From Atractiella rhizophila (lineage: Eukaryota), in NCBI GenBank assembly GCA_021432655.1, contig MU271243.1, forward strand, positions 6,374-67,454: DNA of 61,081 nt, written 5' to 3'. The notes beneath the pieces are model-generated. The model searched no databases and was not told the origin of the DNA. It saw only the letters and a list, made by a program, of their open reading frames with translations. Position 1 is the first letter of the stretch; each line of letters opens with the position of its first letter. Made by a program: the position numbers and the translations under genes. Below are positions 1-14,028 of this stretch, piece by piece.

Positions 1-410
1 GTCACGGAGCGCATCGTGACAGCAGTCTCCACCCGACCCGTTACACCTTCAATCCTTCTCATGCCCATCAACCCCTAACTTTCCATGACCAGTGAAAGTA
101 CGTACTTGCTTGCTAGTCGCAGTAGATTGAGAGCTTCATTCTTCTTTCGAATAGCATTGCTTGCATAAATTCTGGCGGAATCAGTGTCATTATTCTGAAG
201 AGCTTTCTTGAGCTTTTGTTTCTGAAGTCCCTCGTCCTTAGTTGCTTTTGCAGATTGCTTCTGCAGTTGCTTCGTCGTGAACTGGCAAACGGGATAAGCA
301 TCACTCTTGCAACAGAGGAAGACCCACTTTCAGCTGGAAAAGAGATTCTGCTCCCTAATATCAGCGTCTTGCGAGAGGCAATCAGAAGACCCACTTTCTA
401 AGCCGCTCAT
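1..410 (-). CDS. DID2: ESCRT-III-associated protein Did2/Vps46/CHMP1 (5' part; runs off the window edge)
   Basis: Manual splicing from ATG at 410 gives MSGLEK|SLFQLK|FTTKQLQKQSAKATKDEGLQKQKLKKALQNNDTDSARIYASNAIRKKNEALNLLRLASK|IEGVTGRVETAVTMRSV, the typical Did2/CHMP1 N-terminus. Not present in the ORF track. Confidence 0.92.
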
Positions 411-545
411 GATGATGTCTTGCGAGTTCACAGGAGGTGGTCGTTTGTTCCTATTTGTTCGTCGCGATCAACAGAAAGTGTGTTGATTAATATTGATTGT
501 CCAAAAGCTTGCAGAGCAGAAAGTATTGCGGTGTTATACAGTAGT

Positions 546-1874
546 ATGGTTAGTTGTATTGTTTTCACAAGAGGGGATTACCCCATGCTTCCTAGTGGTG
601 CAGACTTCACAGTATCTAGCGGAGTTCGCGTCAACATCATCGGGTCCAATCTGGTGTTGTAAATGGATTGATTCTTCCTTCACGCCGTCAGGATCCCTGG
701 TTATAACTTCTGGAGTGGATCGCAAAGTATCGATATGGTACAATTTTGCTTTAGCAGCCGTCTCTTACTTATCTGAAATGGTTTAGGGATCCTCAGAAAC
801 CCGATCAACCGCAGGCCACCTTCGAGAATCCCTCAAGCTTGGGTGTCAACGCGTTAGACTCTAGAGAAGATTACGTGCTTACCTGCTCTCTCGATTCGAC
901 GGTGTGCCGCTGGGATCTAGGAGATGGAGGAGCGAAGCTTGTCGGGAAGAAAGCTGCCAATGCTGGTCAGTGTTATCCATGTCCAGAAACGACGCGCTGA
1001 TGTGAGAATGTTGCAGCCGACATATTCACAATTGCTCTCAGCCCTAAATCTAGCGTATTTGCAACGACTGGGAGGCAGGGGAATGTAAAGCTGCTAAATG
1101 CGACTGGAGGAGCCTTTGCAGAAGAATTGGGTAGCTCGAAAGGTCGAGGCGATTTTGGCATGTCACTTTCATGGGTTCGTTATCCAATAATTATTTTTTC
1201 TGTTGTAATGATCCGTAAACAGAATCGTGACGGCTCCATGTTCAGCATGGGCAGTGAGGCTGGCCAAATATCGATCCTAAACGCGGAGACTTGCGCTGTA
1301 ATAGATACATTTCCGGGTGCGGCTCTTGTTCCTCAACAAATGCATAACTAATCGCGTCAGTGAATAGCTCATACAAACGCAATCCGCTCCCTCGCCTTCT
1401 CTCCGGCCACCGTCTCCAATTTTCTGATTTCGGGCGGTGACGATGGGAAGATCAATGTCTTCGATATCCGCACTTCCCATTCACAGTCCAGAAAGGGAGG
1501 AGGAGGACATATCGCCCAATTTGGCTTTGGACCAGCTGCCGCGAAGATCAGCTTGTGGGTTACGAGTATAGCCATCAAAAGCGATGGAAAACTTCTTTGC
1601 GCCGGAGGTTCTGACGGGTTCGTTCGTTCTTTTTTCACAGTGTGTCGTAATTGAGAGTCGTACTAGGTCACTCGCTCTCTTTGACCTTTCCAACTTGAAT
1701 CCGTCGCCGTTGGCAGTGTACCCAAGGCAGCATTCTGGAGACGTCTGGTCCATGAGTTGGAAACCGGAAGAAGCATCGGGAATGCTTGATGGAATGGCAC
1801 CGGGAGGAGGTGGCAAGTGGGTCAGTTGTGGCGAAGATGGGGTAATTAAGTGGTTCAGAGCGTCAGGGAGGTAA
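546..1874 (+). CDS. SKI8: WD40-repeat protein, Ski8/Rec14/WDR61-like (multi-exon)
   Basis: ATG followed by an intron, then TSQYLAEF...IWCCKW...ITSGVDRKVSIW; several WD-repeat exons; ends HSGDVWSMSWKP...WVSCGEDGVIKWFRASGR*, which resembles the Ski8 C-terminus. Confidence 0.7.
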
Positions 1875-2005
1875 CCAACTAGGCGTGTCATGCATTTGCC
1901 AATATCAGTCACGTGTAACAATAGTCCTTTGAACTTGGGGAAGAACAAACCAATCGACGAAGTCCTTTGGTCTGACGGTGTCACTCTTGAAATTTCTTTC
2001 GTGTA

Positions 2006-3450
2006 ATGTTTTTGCTTCACCTCACTTCGTATTTCGCTGCTCTAGTAGCATTCTTATTCGTCACTCTTTCACTCGCCAGTGGCCTCCTCTACATCGCTGA
2101 GGCAATCGGTACGCCACCTGTCCATGACTGTGAGGCCTACTAAAGAAATACATGCAGAGGAGAACTCAAGCTTAGCAAAGACAATAGGGAAGCGGTTGAT
2201 ATATGTGGGTGTTAATCTGCACGCAAAGTCCATTGTTGAATGCTTGTCTGCTCTTCAGGGAATCATCTCCTTGCAGATCCTGCTCTGCGTTTTCGACGGA
2301 ATCCCCGTTTCTCTCACTCTCCTAGGCATAATATGCCACATAGTCTACCTCTCCAACTTCTCGTCCAACTGGCCATTCATCTCCCTCACCTCGCCAAAAT
2401 TTATCCTCTCAATCGTGCTCGTCATATTAGACCACTTCGCATACTTCTTCTTCTTCGCTGAACAGTCCAAGAATCCGGCAGCATGGAGAAATCCGAGCCA
2501 GAGAGTGCCTTATAGGCCATCTTGGGAGGACAGGAAAGCGGCGAGGAACTCGGGATTTGGGTTTGGGCAGGGTCCACCTGGAATCATGGAGATTGCGACC
2601 TTCTTTGGGGTCTGCGTTTGGCTTGTGCCATTTTACTTATTCCTGAGTTTGAGCGCGAATGACAATGTCTTACCGTCTAATGGTGAGTCTCTTTCTGGTA
2701 ATATGTCTTTGGGCTTGTGAACCAACGAGGACCTCAGTGGACCTAAACGATCCTGCATATGGACCAAAGATCATTGCCACCGCCCCAAACCAGGAGCAAT
2801 ACCCCACGAAATCTCGCCCGCCAAATCTCAACCTCTCGGCGATTCAAGCCAGCCAGTCAACAGGAGGCGGCTCCATCTTCAGAGCTATTGTGTCCGCAAT
2901 CCCATTGCCCAATCTACGCAAGGCACGGACGTCGCACCGAGAACTCGATGGATTAATAGCATCTCCAGCACTTTTGCCACGGAGTCGACCTTCGAGTCCG
3001 GCACCGCATTGGAACGAAGGGAACCAACAATGGGGAGGAATGCTCTCCCCCTCGCCGAGCTTACAAATGCTGGATGATCGTACACGAAGCTACTTCGACT
3101 CGCCTCCCTCTCCCAACATCCGCCCTTCATCTCCCCTCGCCTTTCCCAACAACATCAATTCCCTCTCTCCCAAATCGTCCCTCTCGTCCTTTACACGGCG
3201 ACAGGGCTACGACTCACCGCCTCAACGCCCTGGATCAAGTGGAGGTCTGCCACGTAAAAGTCCGGTGAAGAAGGTTCAAAGGGCGACAACGAGCCCTACT
3301 GAATCGTCTAGCTCAGCTACCAGTTCAACGAGATCGTCGGCAGATGAAGAGCCATTCCGTCTTAATGGAGATGGCAATACCATCTCAGATCATGCCATGG
3401 GGATGGTAGGAATGGGAATGACTGGTTTGGCGAAGCGAAAGGTGGTATGA
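2006..3450 (+). CDS. SVP26: Svp26/TEX261 ER-Golgi cargo adaptor with a Ser/Pro-rich C-terminal tail
   Basis: MFLLHLTSYFAALVAFLFVTLSLASGLLYIAEAI|EENSSLAKTIGKRLIY, WPFISLTSPKF and FFGVCVWLVPFYLFLSLSANDNVLP are Svp26 family motifs. Confidence 0.88.
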
Positions 3451-3653
3451 ATGGACTCACTATTAATTGGCTCGTGTATGTTCGTTGGGTATTCGTGGAC
3501 TATCGCTTTATTCTGCTCCTGCAATCCATTATGCTTTCCTTGTTCAATTAAAGTTGCGGTGGCAGTTGACTTCCATTTCTTACTTCATGTTGACTGTTCA
3601 ACGCACTTTTCATACAATATGGGGATCAGGTCATTCTGCACAAGAATAACATG

Positions 3654-6053
<2,400 letters not shown>

Positions 6054-6177
6054 CGCTGCTGCTGAGTGACTTGAGGCAGGATCTGAGCTGGATGGCTGTT
6101 GGCTGCCTTGAAATTTTTGGTCCCTTCCTCCACAACGACATAAACTTTGTTTCACAACAAAACGCGCCGCGTCTGGG

Positions 6178-6770
6178 ATGAGCTTGCCACTAGAACGCAA
6201 AAGCTCTGGGAATATCAGTGACATCGTCAGGAGCCCGCTTTTGCCCCTTTCTAATGTCGCACTTTGTGCCCTTACTTTTCGGCGTTCGCGACTTTCTCCT
6301 CAAACGAAAGGCGAGTACTTTCTGCTGAATTTTGAATCGAACGCATTCTGAGCATTAAAATAGGTTACATGCCCGTAGGCCAGCTCAAAGTGTTTTCAGC
6401 ACTGTGGACAGCTTCGAGTGTCGCCCTGGCATTAGGATATCAGTGAGTCGCTTCTGCCTCTGATCGCCCAGTTGTTAATGAGAAAGAAAGGGACGCTGGG
6501 CTTGCATCGAACCTGGGCAAGCCTTCTCGTCCATCCTGAGCTCTAGAATATCCTTACGTTTGGGCGTAGCGGTATCTTCAGCATGGCTTTTTGAATCTCT
6601 GCCTCTTCTGAGACATGGTCTGTTGCTCAGTCGTCTCACATTTGTTTCAGCGTTAACCCAAGGTGAGCGCTCAAAATTTCGCCAGGCTGAAAGGTTACTG
6701 ACGAGAAGTAGGTGGTTTGTGCTTAGCCGCGATGATTAGTGGAGGGGGACAACAGGAGGATAATGATTGA
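6178..6770 (+). CDS. Possible small multi-exon membrane protein (weakly Aim19-like); model tentative
   Basis: ATG at 6178 (MSLPLERKSSGNISDIVRSPLL...), followed by a run of donor/acceptor-like sites and hydrophobic exons (YMPVGQLKVFSALWTASSVALALGY; VSSAWLFESLPLLRH). The 3' exons are uncertain. Confidence 0.35.
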
Positions 6771-6820
6771 AAGTGATTGAGGTACTGCATTGGAACGTTG
6801 GGACGGAACATTAGCATCGG

Positions 6821-7346
6821 AGCAGGAACGAGATCCATGCATTCGACGTCTAACATGAAAGGGGACAGGATGGAAAGTAAACATTAGGATAAAGAAAGCC
6901 GAACCACTACCGTATATTTAATCCGTAGCCTAACGTAGTAATGAAAATATCTTGTCTTCTTTCCTTTTTGGCATGACCGTAAGACCCATCAGTAACGAAG
7001 GGGATATCTGGAACTTCGGAATGGATGTGGAGTAGTGAAATGTGACTGGACAAGAACGGGAGTCTGAATGGTGTTGTTGACAAAGCAGGAACGAGATCCA
7101 TGCATTCGACGTCTAACATGAAAGGGGACAGGATGGAAAGTAAACATTAGGATAAAGAAAGCCGAACCACTACCGTATATTTAATCCGTAGCCTAACGTA
7201 GTAATGAAAATATCTTGTCTTCTTTCCTTTTTGGCATGACCGTAAGACCCATCAGTAACGAAGGGGATATCTGGAACTTCGGAATGGATGTGGAGTAGTG
7301 AAATGTGACTGGACAAGAACGGGAGTCTGAATGGTGTTGTTGACAA
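6821..7346. repeat. 263-bp tandem duplication (6821-7083 / 7084-7346)
   Basis: AGCAGGAACGAGATCCATGC...GGTGTTGTTGACAA occurs twice head-to-tail; no differences seen by eye. Confidence 0.95.
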
Positions 7347-8490
7347 TCTTTTTTAATGATGTTGATGCGATAGTGAGATGGAGATGCTGTATCAAGAAGT
7401 GTCGACTCGCCCTGAGGTAATTCAAGTGTACAACGAGCCGAGGTCATGGACTCAGAAATGGCGGCAGATGTCGCGGATCCGTATTCCTTATGATCTACAT
7501 GGCCACCCTTTAGACGGAAGTCAAGAGACGACAATAACCACATACAGCATCCGTCGAATAATCTTGAATGAAAAGCTGGTCCACCAACCGCTCTTTCGGA
7601 CTAGCGTATCTCGAATACTCCTCGAGAATAGTTGAAAGGTCCCAATCCATGAGTTTCCTCAGACAGCCGACCAGAACCCCTGTCCGATGCTGTTTCCCCG
7701 TTAGCAGTCGAATCATGGCCGGGGCGGCGGAATTGCACACCTTTCCTTTGTTACAGTGAATCAAGATAGGGTGGTTCCTGCGATCGAGTACGAGGGAGAG
7801 AGCCGCGTCAATTTTATGTTTTGGAACTATTGTCAGAGACGGGTAAAAAAATGAAAGTCACCGTGTGAACACTGAAAAAGGAGGGAGAGAGGAACGGCTC
7901 GCCGGAGTTGCAAAGGTTGGCTGCAAGCTGGCTGGCCATAGTAGGATCAAAACATACTTTGTTCGGTCGGTTCCTACACCAAACAATTTGGAATTGGTAT
8001 TCCCCAGTCGCCTGGGATGGAGGGGAGTCGAAGGAGGATATGCACCTTGACACCAGCAATCCCAAACTGGTAGAAATTTATCCCTTCCTCCCTTATGAAC
8101 CGCAGATTCTCTGCCGGATACTCCTCCAGCGTAAAAGACCTTGATGACGCAACCCACGTCTATCCCGAATCCTCACAAAAGAAAAGAAGAAGCTCACACG
8201 ATCGTTCGTAGCCCAAGCGACTTCAAATAGGCAAAGTTCTGATGCCTTGGGAATCCACTTCTAAAAATTCCATCTTCCACGACCCCGAAGTTTTCTGGTG
8301 GCACGAAAGGTTCCTCGAGCATGGGAGGCGGGAGAGTGAATGGTAATGTGGAGGTGGACGGGAGTGACGACGACCTGGAAGAACCCGAAAAATTCTGTGG
8401 AGAGGATCGAGAAGACAATGATTCTGAGGCAGAATTCGAGGCCTCTGATGGTGAATAATAGGAATAATTCCCAGGGGAGGATCTAAACAT
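7193..8490 (-). CDS. SIW14: Siw14/Oca-family atypical dual-specificity (inositol pyrophosphate) phosphatase
   Basis: FVPPENFGVVEDGIFRSGFP, SLGLRTIV|SFTLEEYP, catalytic LIHCNKGK|HRTGVLVGCLRKL, EEYSRYASPKER. The last exon and stop are uncertain because they overlap the duplication. Confidence 0.85.
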
Positions 8491-8748
8491 CGTGAGGTGG
8501 TCGTTTTAATGCGAGCCAACAGTCTCTACATTGGCACACGATTGGCGGCTCAGACGACTCCACCCAAACAAAGATTTCTTCGCTTCAGCGAAGGCAAAGC
8601 CGATGAGAGTCGTGTGCCAGGGCTACTTTCAACCTAAAAGGCTGATGGCCTCATCCAGGAACGTTGCTGAAGTTTTGCATGGATCTCGATCAATCGAAAA
8701 ATATTGCAGTTTTCAACAATGGAACAGTAAATATCCCCACATCTAGCA

Positions 8749-11465
8749 TCAAGGCGTCCAGAGCTTGCCAATTCCATCAGCTCCAACGCTCACGAGCCAC
8801 GGTTCTCTCGGGTGCCACCGAGCATCCAACACACCCAAGCCTTCCCTTGGTTCATGGCCATGGAGGATCTACATCGTTTGCGTCAGCATCGTACTCAAAT
8901 TAGACATGGAAGCAAACCTTTAAGGGGACAATAAGCGGATTGGTGAGCAGGTCAGAATATACAGTAGCGTGAAAGATGTGAATGGCACCGTCGTCGGAAG
9001 TTGAAAGGAAGAGGGGGAATCGGGAAGAGAAAGCAACAGAGCGGATGGCGCGACCATGAAACTTGAGTGTACGATAGGGGCGATCGCTTAGATCCATATC
9101 GTGCCATGAAAGTATCTTGTCGTAACTTCCTACGAGCACATTGTCTATGGAACAACTATCAATAATGTAATTCAGAGAAGTGGGGCAATTCTGCTTACCA
9201 CCTAGAGGATGAATGTCCATGCTTGAGATCCATTTCACGTTCGGTAGCAAAGTTTTGACCAGTGTTTGTCGTACAAGATCATACACCCTGACCGTTCGTT
9301 GTGTCTATGAACAAATGAGCATCATCCACCAATGTCCACACAGTAATGATTTAGTGCATACCGCAACAAAGAATTGAGCTTTTGAAGGATGAAAGTCGAC
9401 CTTCTGTACATCTCCTTTCAGTTTCTTGAGTGGTGCTTGCGTCTGATGACTGCTGAGCTGATGGATCATGATCGCACGATTTGTAGCATCCGAAGCAACA
9501 CTAGCGAAGTAATCGCCTCCTGCGTGCCAAACTACCTGTTTTGGCGTCCCAGGTACCTTGATCTCCAACCAGACCCCTCTATCCTTTACAAGTTCCCCCG
9601 CACATTTCCGCCAACGGACGCCTTCCGGTTGTTCGTGCTTTTTACTTGCTTTTTCCTCTTCCTTCGCAGCAGAAGGAGCCTCGAAGGCATTGAAGACTTT
9701 TGTGGTCATTGTTTGAAGCTGAGATTCTGTCATGATGTCAATAGGAGAAATGAGGTAAAGCTTCCCAGCGCTATTCAAATATTTCCGTGAGAAATCTTGT
9801 TACTGTCGTGAAAGGGATCAACTCACATTGCGACTGCAAACAACAACCTATCCTCCCCACTCCCTTTGCACCAAGATACACTATATACTGGACCCTTGCC
9901 CTCTCCTTCCCCTCCACCAAGCTTCCACTCTGAAGTTTTGCGGCCCGTCCTCGTTTCCCAAAGCCGAACACTTCCATCGTCGCCACCAGTCAGCGTCCAT
10001 TCGCCGTTAGCGCTAATGTCCACACTCCGTATCCTTGCCCCATCACCATGTTGAAACTCATAGGCCACCTTTTCGGGAAACGGTCGAAGTGTGTCCTTGT
10101 CTGGGAGTTTGGGAAGGAGATCATCCGCCCCATCGATATCAAGGCGAGGCTTCCGTCGCGCTTTCCGTGGGGCGAGATAAAGATCGAGGCAGCGCTCAAA
10201 CCGTTCTTTGACCGCCCCTTCATATGCTCCGACCTTGCGTAAGCTGTCAAACTTCTTGGGGACAAAATCGATGCGCCGGTCTGACGGTTCAGCTTCCTCC
10301 CACTCCTTAAGCTCTTCAGGGGAAAATAAGTATTCTGCAGGAGGATTATAGCTCTCTTCGTGAGTCGGAAGTGGAAGCGGAGGGGCTGGTATGCGCATGG
10401 GATGGTTGTAGGCTGAGGGAAGGACATCCGAATTGTTCCAAAGGGCAAAGTAGCGAGAGGTAGGAGCCGAATCGGTCTGAGGTTTAGAAGGTACTATGCG
10501 CCCAGACCGTATGGCACGAACAATCTTCATCATCTTCTGATGTTCCCATTTCGATGGTGCAAAACGTCTTTTCGGCTCTGGTGCTGCATTAAGAGGAGTC
10601 GGCATGACTTGTGAGCTGAACCATTCGATCGTTGGTTCATATGGATCGTAATTAGCGTCAGGGTTCTCCACTTTGACAAGTCTTCTGATTACGTCCAACT
10701 CTTGCTCTGTGAGCTGGATGTCCTTGCCTTCAAGTTCGTCTCGAACGGTCATCCTACAAGCAGCACAATGGGTCAAGGTTAACTGCAGATAATTTTTCAA
10801 CACACCACGCATCTTCGTTCTCAATTGTATCCAAGAACTTGTCTAGAGCGTCTTGATTTTTGATGGGACGCATTATCTTCTTCCCGTCAATGTTGTAACC
10901 AATGTGCGGCATGTCGTCGTAATAATGAGCTGGGATCTTTCCAACGCGATTTGTGGTCTAGGAGTACAACCACTGAATGTTAGGTCAATGACAGGCAAGC
11001 TCTATAGAACCAAACAGCGCTCGAAACCCAGCAAGTGAAACAGCAAACACTTACCTCTTCTGTGCTGCTCTCACTTCCATAACCAGCTTCCCAAACGTCC
11101 TCTGGATCCCATTGCAGCATCATCCTTCCAGTAACATCGCTCTTGACTTCCCTAGCTTTGGCCATGAATCCCTCTCGCTTGAGTTCACTTCCTTCTTCTG
11201 GCTTTTCAAAGTACTGTTCAATGCTGCCCACTTCGCTGCTGTTTTCCTCCTCGGCCAGCTCCCTTGCTAGAACTTCTTCTTCATCTTCTTCGCTCGGCTC
11301 GAAATCAGAATCGTGAATAGAGAACTCGTCATCCCCTTCTTCCAGCTCCTCAGCTGAAGTCTCGCTGGACGGCGGAGGTGGAGTTGGTTCCCGCTTTCGT
11401 TTTTGCGATAAATTTGGCTTTCCACGCACATTTTGAGCTGTGCGCGCTCTAGCCTTTGAAACCAT
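8749..11465 (-). CDS. ERB1: Ribosome biogenesis protein Erb1/BOP1
   Basis: [43 protein letters not shown]-terminal WD40 repeats, [14 protein letters not shown], ending [22 protein letters not shown]. Confidence 0.95.
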
Positions 11466-11563
11466 AGCTGAATAGACTTGAAAAAAAAGATAATTCAGTA
11501 GAGATTGAAAATTCCTCGACTCAAATGCGGATCACGTGTTGTGATGCAATCAAACAGCCGAAA

Positions 11564-11569
11564 ACGCGT
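11564..11569. promoter_or_regulatory. Candidate MCB (MluI cell-cycle) box upstream of SAE2
   Basis: ACGCGT in the ERB1/SAE2 divergent intergenic region, with further CGCGT cores near 11592 and 11693. Confidence 0.35.
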
Positions 11570-11716
11570 TCGTTTGACCACTTGCTTGAATCGCGTCGTA
11601 GGTTGTACTGCATCGAGAACGTTGCTGGGTTGTGTTGGCTTAAGTGAAGGTTAGGCTGGTCAGTAGCAACTCTTCTTAAGTTAATTGGGTGCGCGTGCAG
11701 TAAACACCTTTTCGCT

Positions 11717-13971
11717 ATGGAAGCACCAACGGTGGCCGACCTCAGAGGCATGTCTTTTCTTGACTCTATGTTCGTGTTCTAAAAACGATTGCAGAGCTCA
11801 AGCGACAGAACTCTCACCTGCAGGCCGAAGTGCAGTACCTCCTCGAATGCATCGGCACACTACCCTCAGGTCAAGATGTTGAGTCTTGGATCAAATCCCA
11901 TAATCTGCCTTCCGAAACTCTCCTTTCAAGCATCGAGTCCCTCCAGGATTCTGTCTCTGAAAACTCCAAAGTTACTGACAAGCTCCAATCTGTGAAGGCG
12001 GAGTACGAGCAACAAATCCAAAGCCTGCAAGATCAGGTCTCTGCTCTTCAAACTCTTTGCGACAAGTTCCAGGGAGAAAAGCGAGACCTGGAGGCTAGAA
12101 TGCTCAAGGAGAAGACATGTCGAAGCCCTTCAAAACAGACCGGACGGCAAACTGTTGGAATGCTTGATCCCATGTCACCTAAAAAGTCGCTGCCCGCCAT
12201 GGCCTCCATGGAATCCCTCCGCTTACTATTTGCTCGTGCGCCTCCTCCTGTTCCCGCACTACCACTACATCCTGCAGATCCTTCGTCAGATCAACCACCC
12301 ACGTCTCCTGCTCGCTCTCCCAGATCCAAATCCAACGCAAAGTGTACCGTATCCATGTCCAAGTTCGAACGGATGAGGAAGCGCTTTGAGGATGTCAAGA
12401 AGGACTTTACCGAGACTTCCGCTCATTATCAGGAGCAGAGAAGGAAGTGGTTGAGCTATACATCCTGGTGGAACAAAACGAAGAGAGCTATTGCGGACCG
12501 AGAGGGCAAAGAGAACCAGCTAGAGATGAGAAGCCCGTTGCACAAGAAGAGAAAGGCAGTCGAACCTCTTCCAACATCCCCACAGTCAAAGAGGATCAGG
12601 ACAGAGAAGGACAAGTCGTCTCCGCCATCCACTCCTCAGACCATCTCTCGGCAGGCTCTACACCCAGCCACTCCAAAGGTTCCTCTCTTCCCTAACCGAC
12701 TCTCAAACGATGCTAAATCTCCGCCTCGCTCTCCGGCCCACGCTGAAGCTATTAACATTCAGGACAATCCGGTGAAGAGCGAGATTGCAGAGGCGAACCT
12801 TGGCAATCCCACACCCACAACTGAGGAAGCTGGACCTGCACGGACCGCTCGAACAATTCATGAAACTCCTCTGAATGCGACCTTCAAGCGCGGTAAAGGG
12901 CTGGGTTTAGCAAGTGCGGACACGGGCTCAAGCAAGAAGTCACCCGCCGTCTCCGACACTGCTTGGATACGAAAGAGTGATAAAAGTAAAGGGGGCGATC
13001 CTTGGGCTATCAGAATAGGACCACCTGAGAAGGATCAACCGTCCTCAAAGAAGGCCCGACTGACGACTACTCTGTTAGAGTTCGAAAAGCCTGCCCCTTC
13101 GCTACTTGCGCCAGCGGTGGGGGAAGGAGAGAATATTCCGGAGATGCAGACCGAGGATCCTAATACTATGGCGATTGGAAGTAACGAAGAGTTCAGAGGT
13201 CAGAATTACCTCCGAAAAATCAACGACAAGAGGAGGAAGGATCTTGCCCAGGACCCTCTAAAGTACAAAGGGCACGGCCAATATGAGAAACAATTGCCGA
13301 GGTACTGTTCTCTCCTCCTCTGATGCTGTGACACTCAACGTCTCTGCAGGCCAGGTGGGCCACAGTCGTTTAACTCGCGGTTCGAAATTATACCAGAGAG
13401 AAATCGTGGGCTGAACTTTCAATTCGATGATGTTGTGCGCAATAAAGACGAAAGGAGAAAAATGTCGGCTGCAGAATGCAGTTGTTGCGCTGGCGCAAGT
13501 ATTCCTGCTTCCGTGCTCGATTGAAACGGCAGCTTATTGTCCTTTCAGTACTACGAGCGAGCGGCAGAAACTAAAGCCAAGCAGTTAGGGAGGGACCTGC
13601 TCCCTGATGAAGTTGAAGATGTGCTCGAGGGGATGAAAAGGCAGCATCAACACAAAATCTCACGACATAGAGAAACTTGGCACAAGCTTGCAACGCCACC
13701 TCGATTCTGGTATGCTCACCGCTTCTACTGACAAATATCCTCCTTCATTGCGGCTGCAGGGAAATGGGATTTCCTAACACACAGCAGGCAGTGGAATGGA
13801 ACGACTTAGGAAAAGAGCAGACGGAAAAGCGGATGAAATTGCTAGAAAAAGAGGCAATGTGAGTCATGTCATAATCCCAATTTGATTTTTATCAAGGTGT
13901 TACTCAGGGACCCAGACGGTCGCATCAGGTTTAAGCAGAAGAAGGAAGACAGGTTTGCCAGCAAGAAGTAA
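11717..13971 (+). CDS. SAE2: Sae2/Ctp1/CtIP DNA end-resection protein
   Basis: N-terminal coiled coil; C-terminal ECSCCAG|YY (CxxC) and ISRHRETWHKLATPPRFW|EMGFPNTQ (RHR and TPPxFWxxxFP motifs). Confidence 0.9.
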
Positions 13972-14028
13972 ATGGAACGTTACACTCAAAGCTCCGACTT
14001 TGATCTCCATGCCTCCACATGTCCTTCA

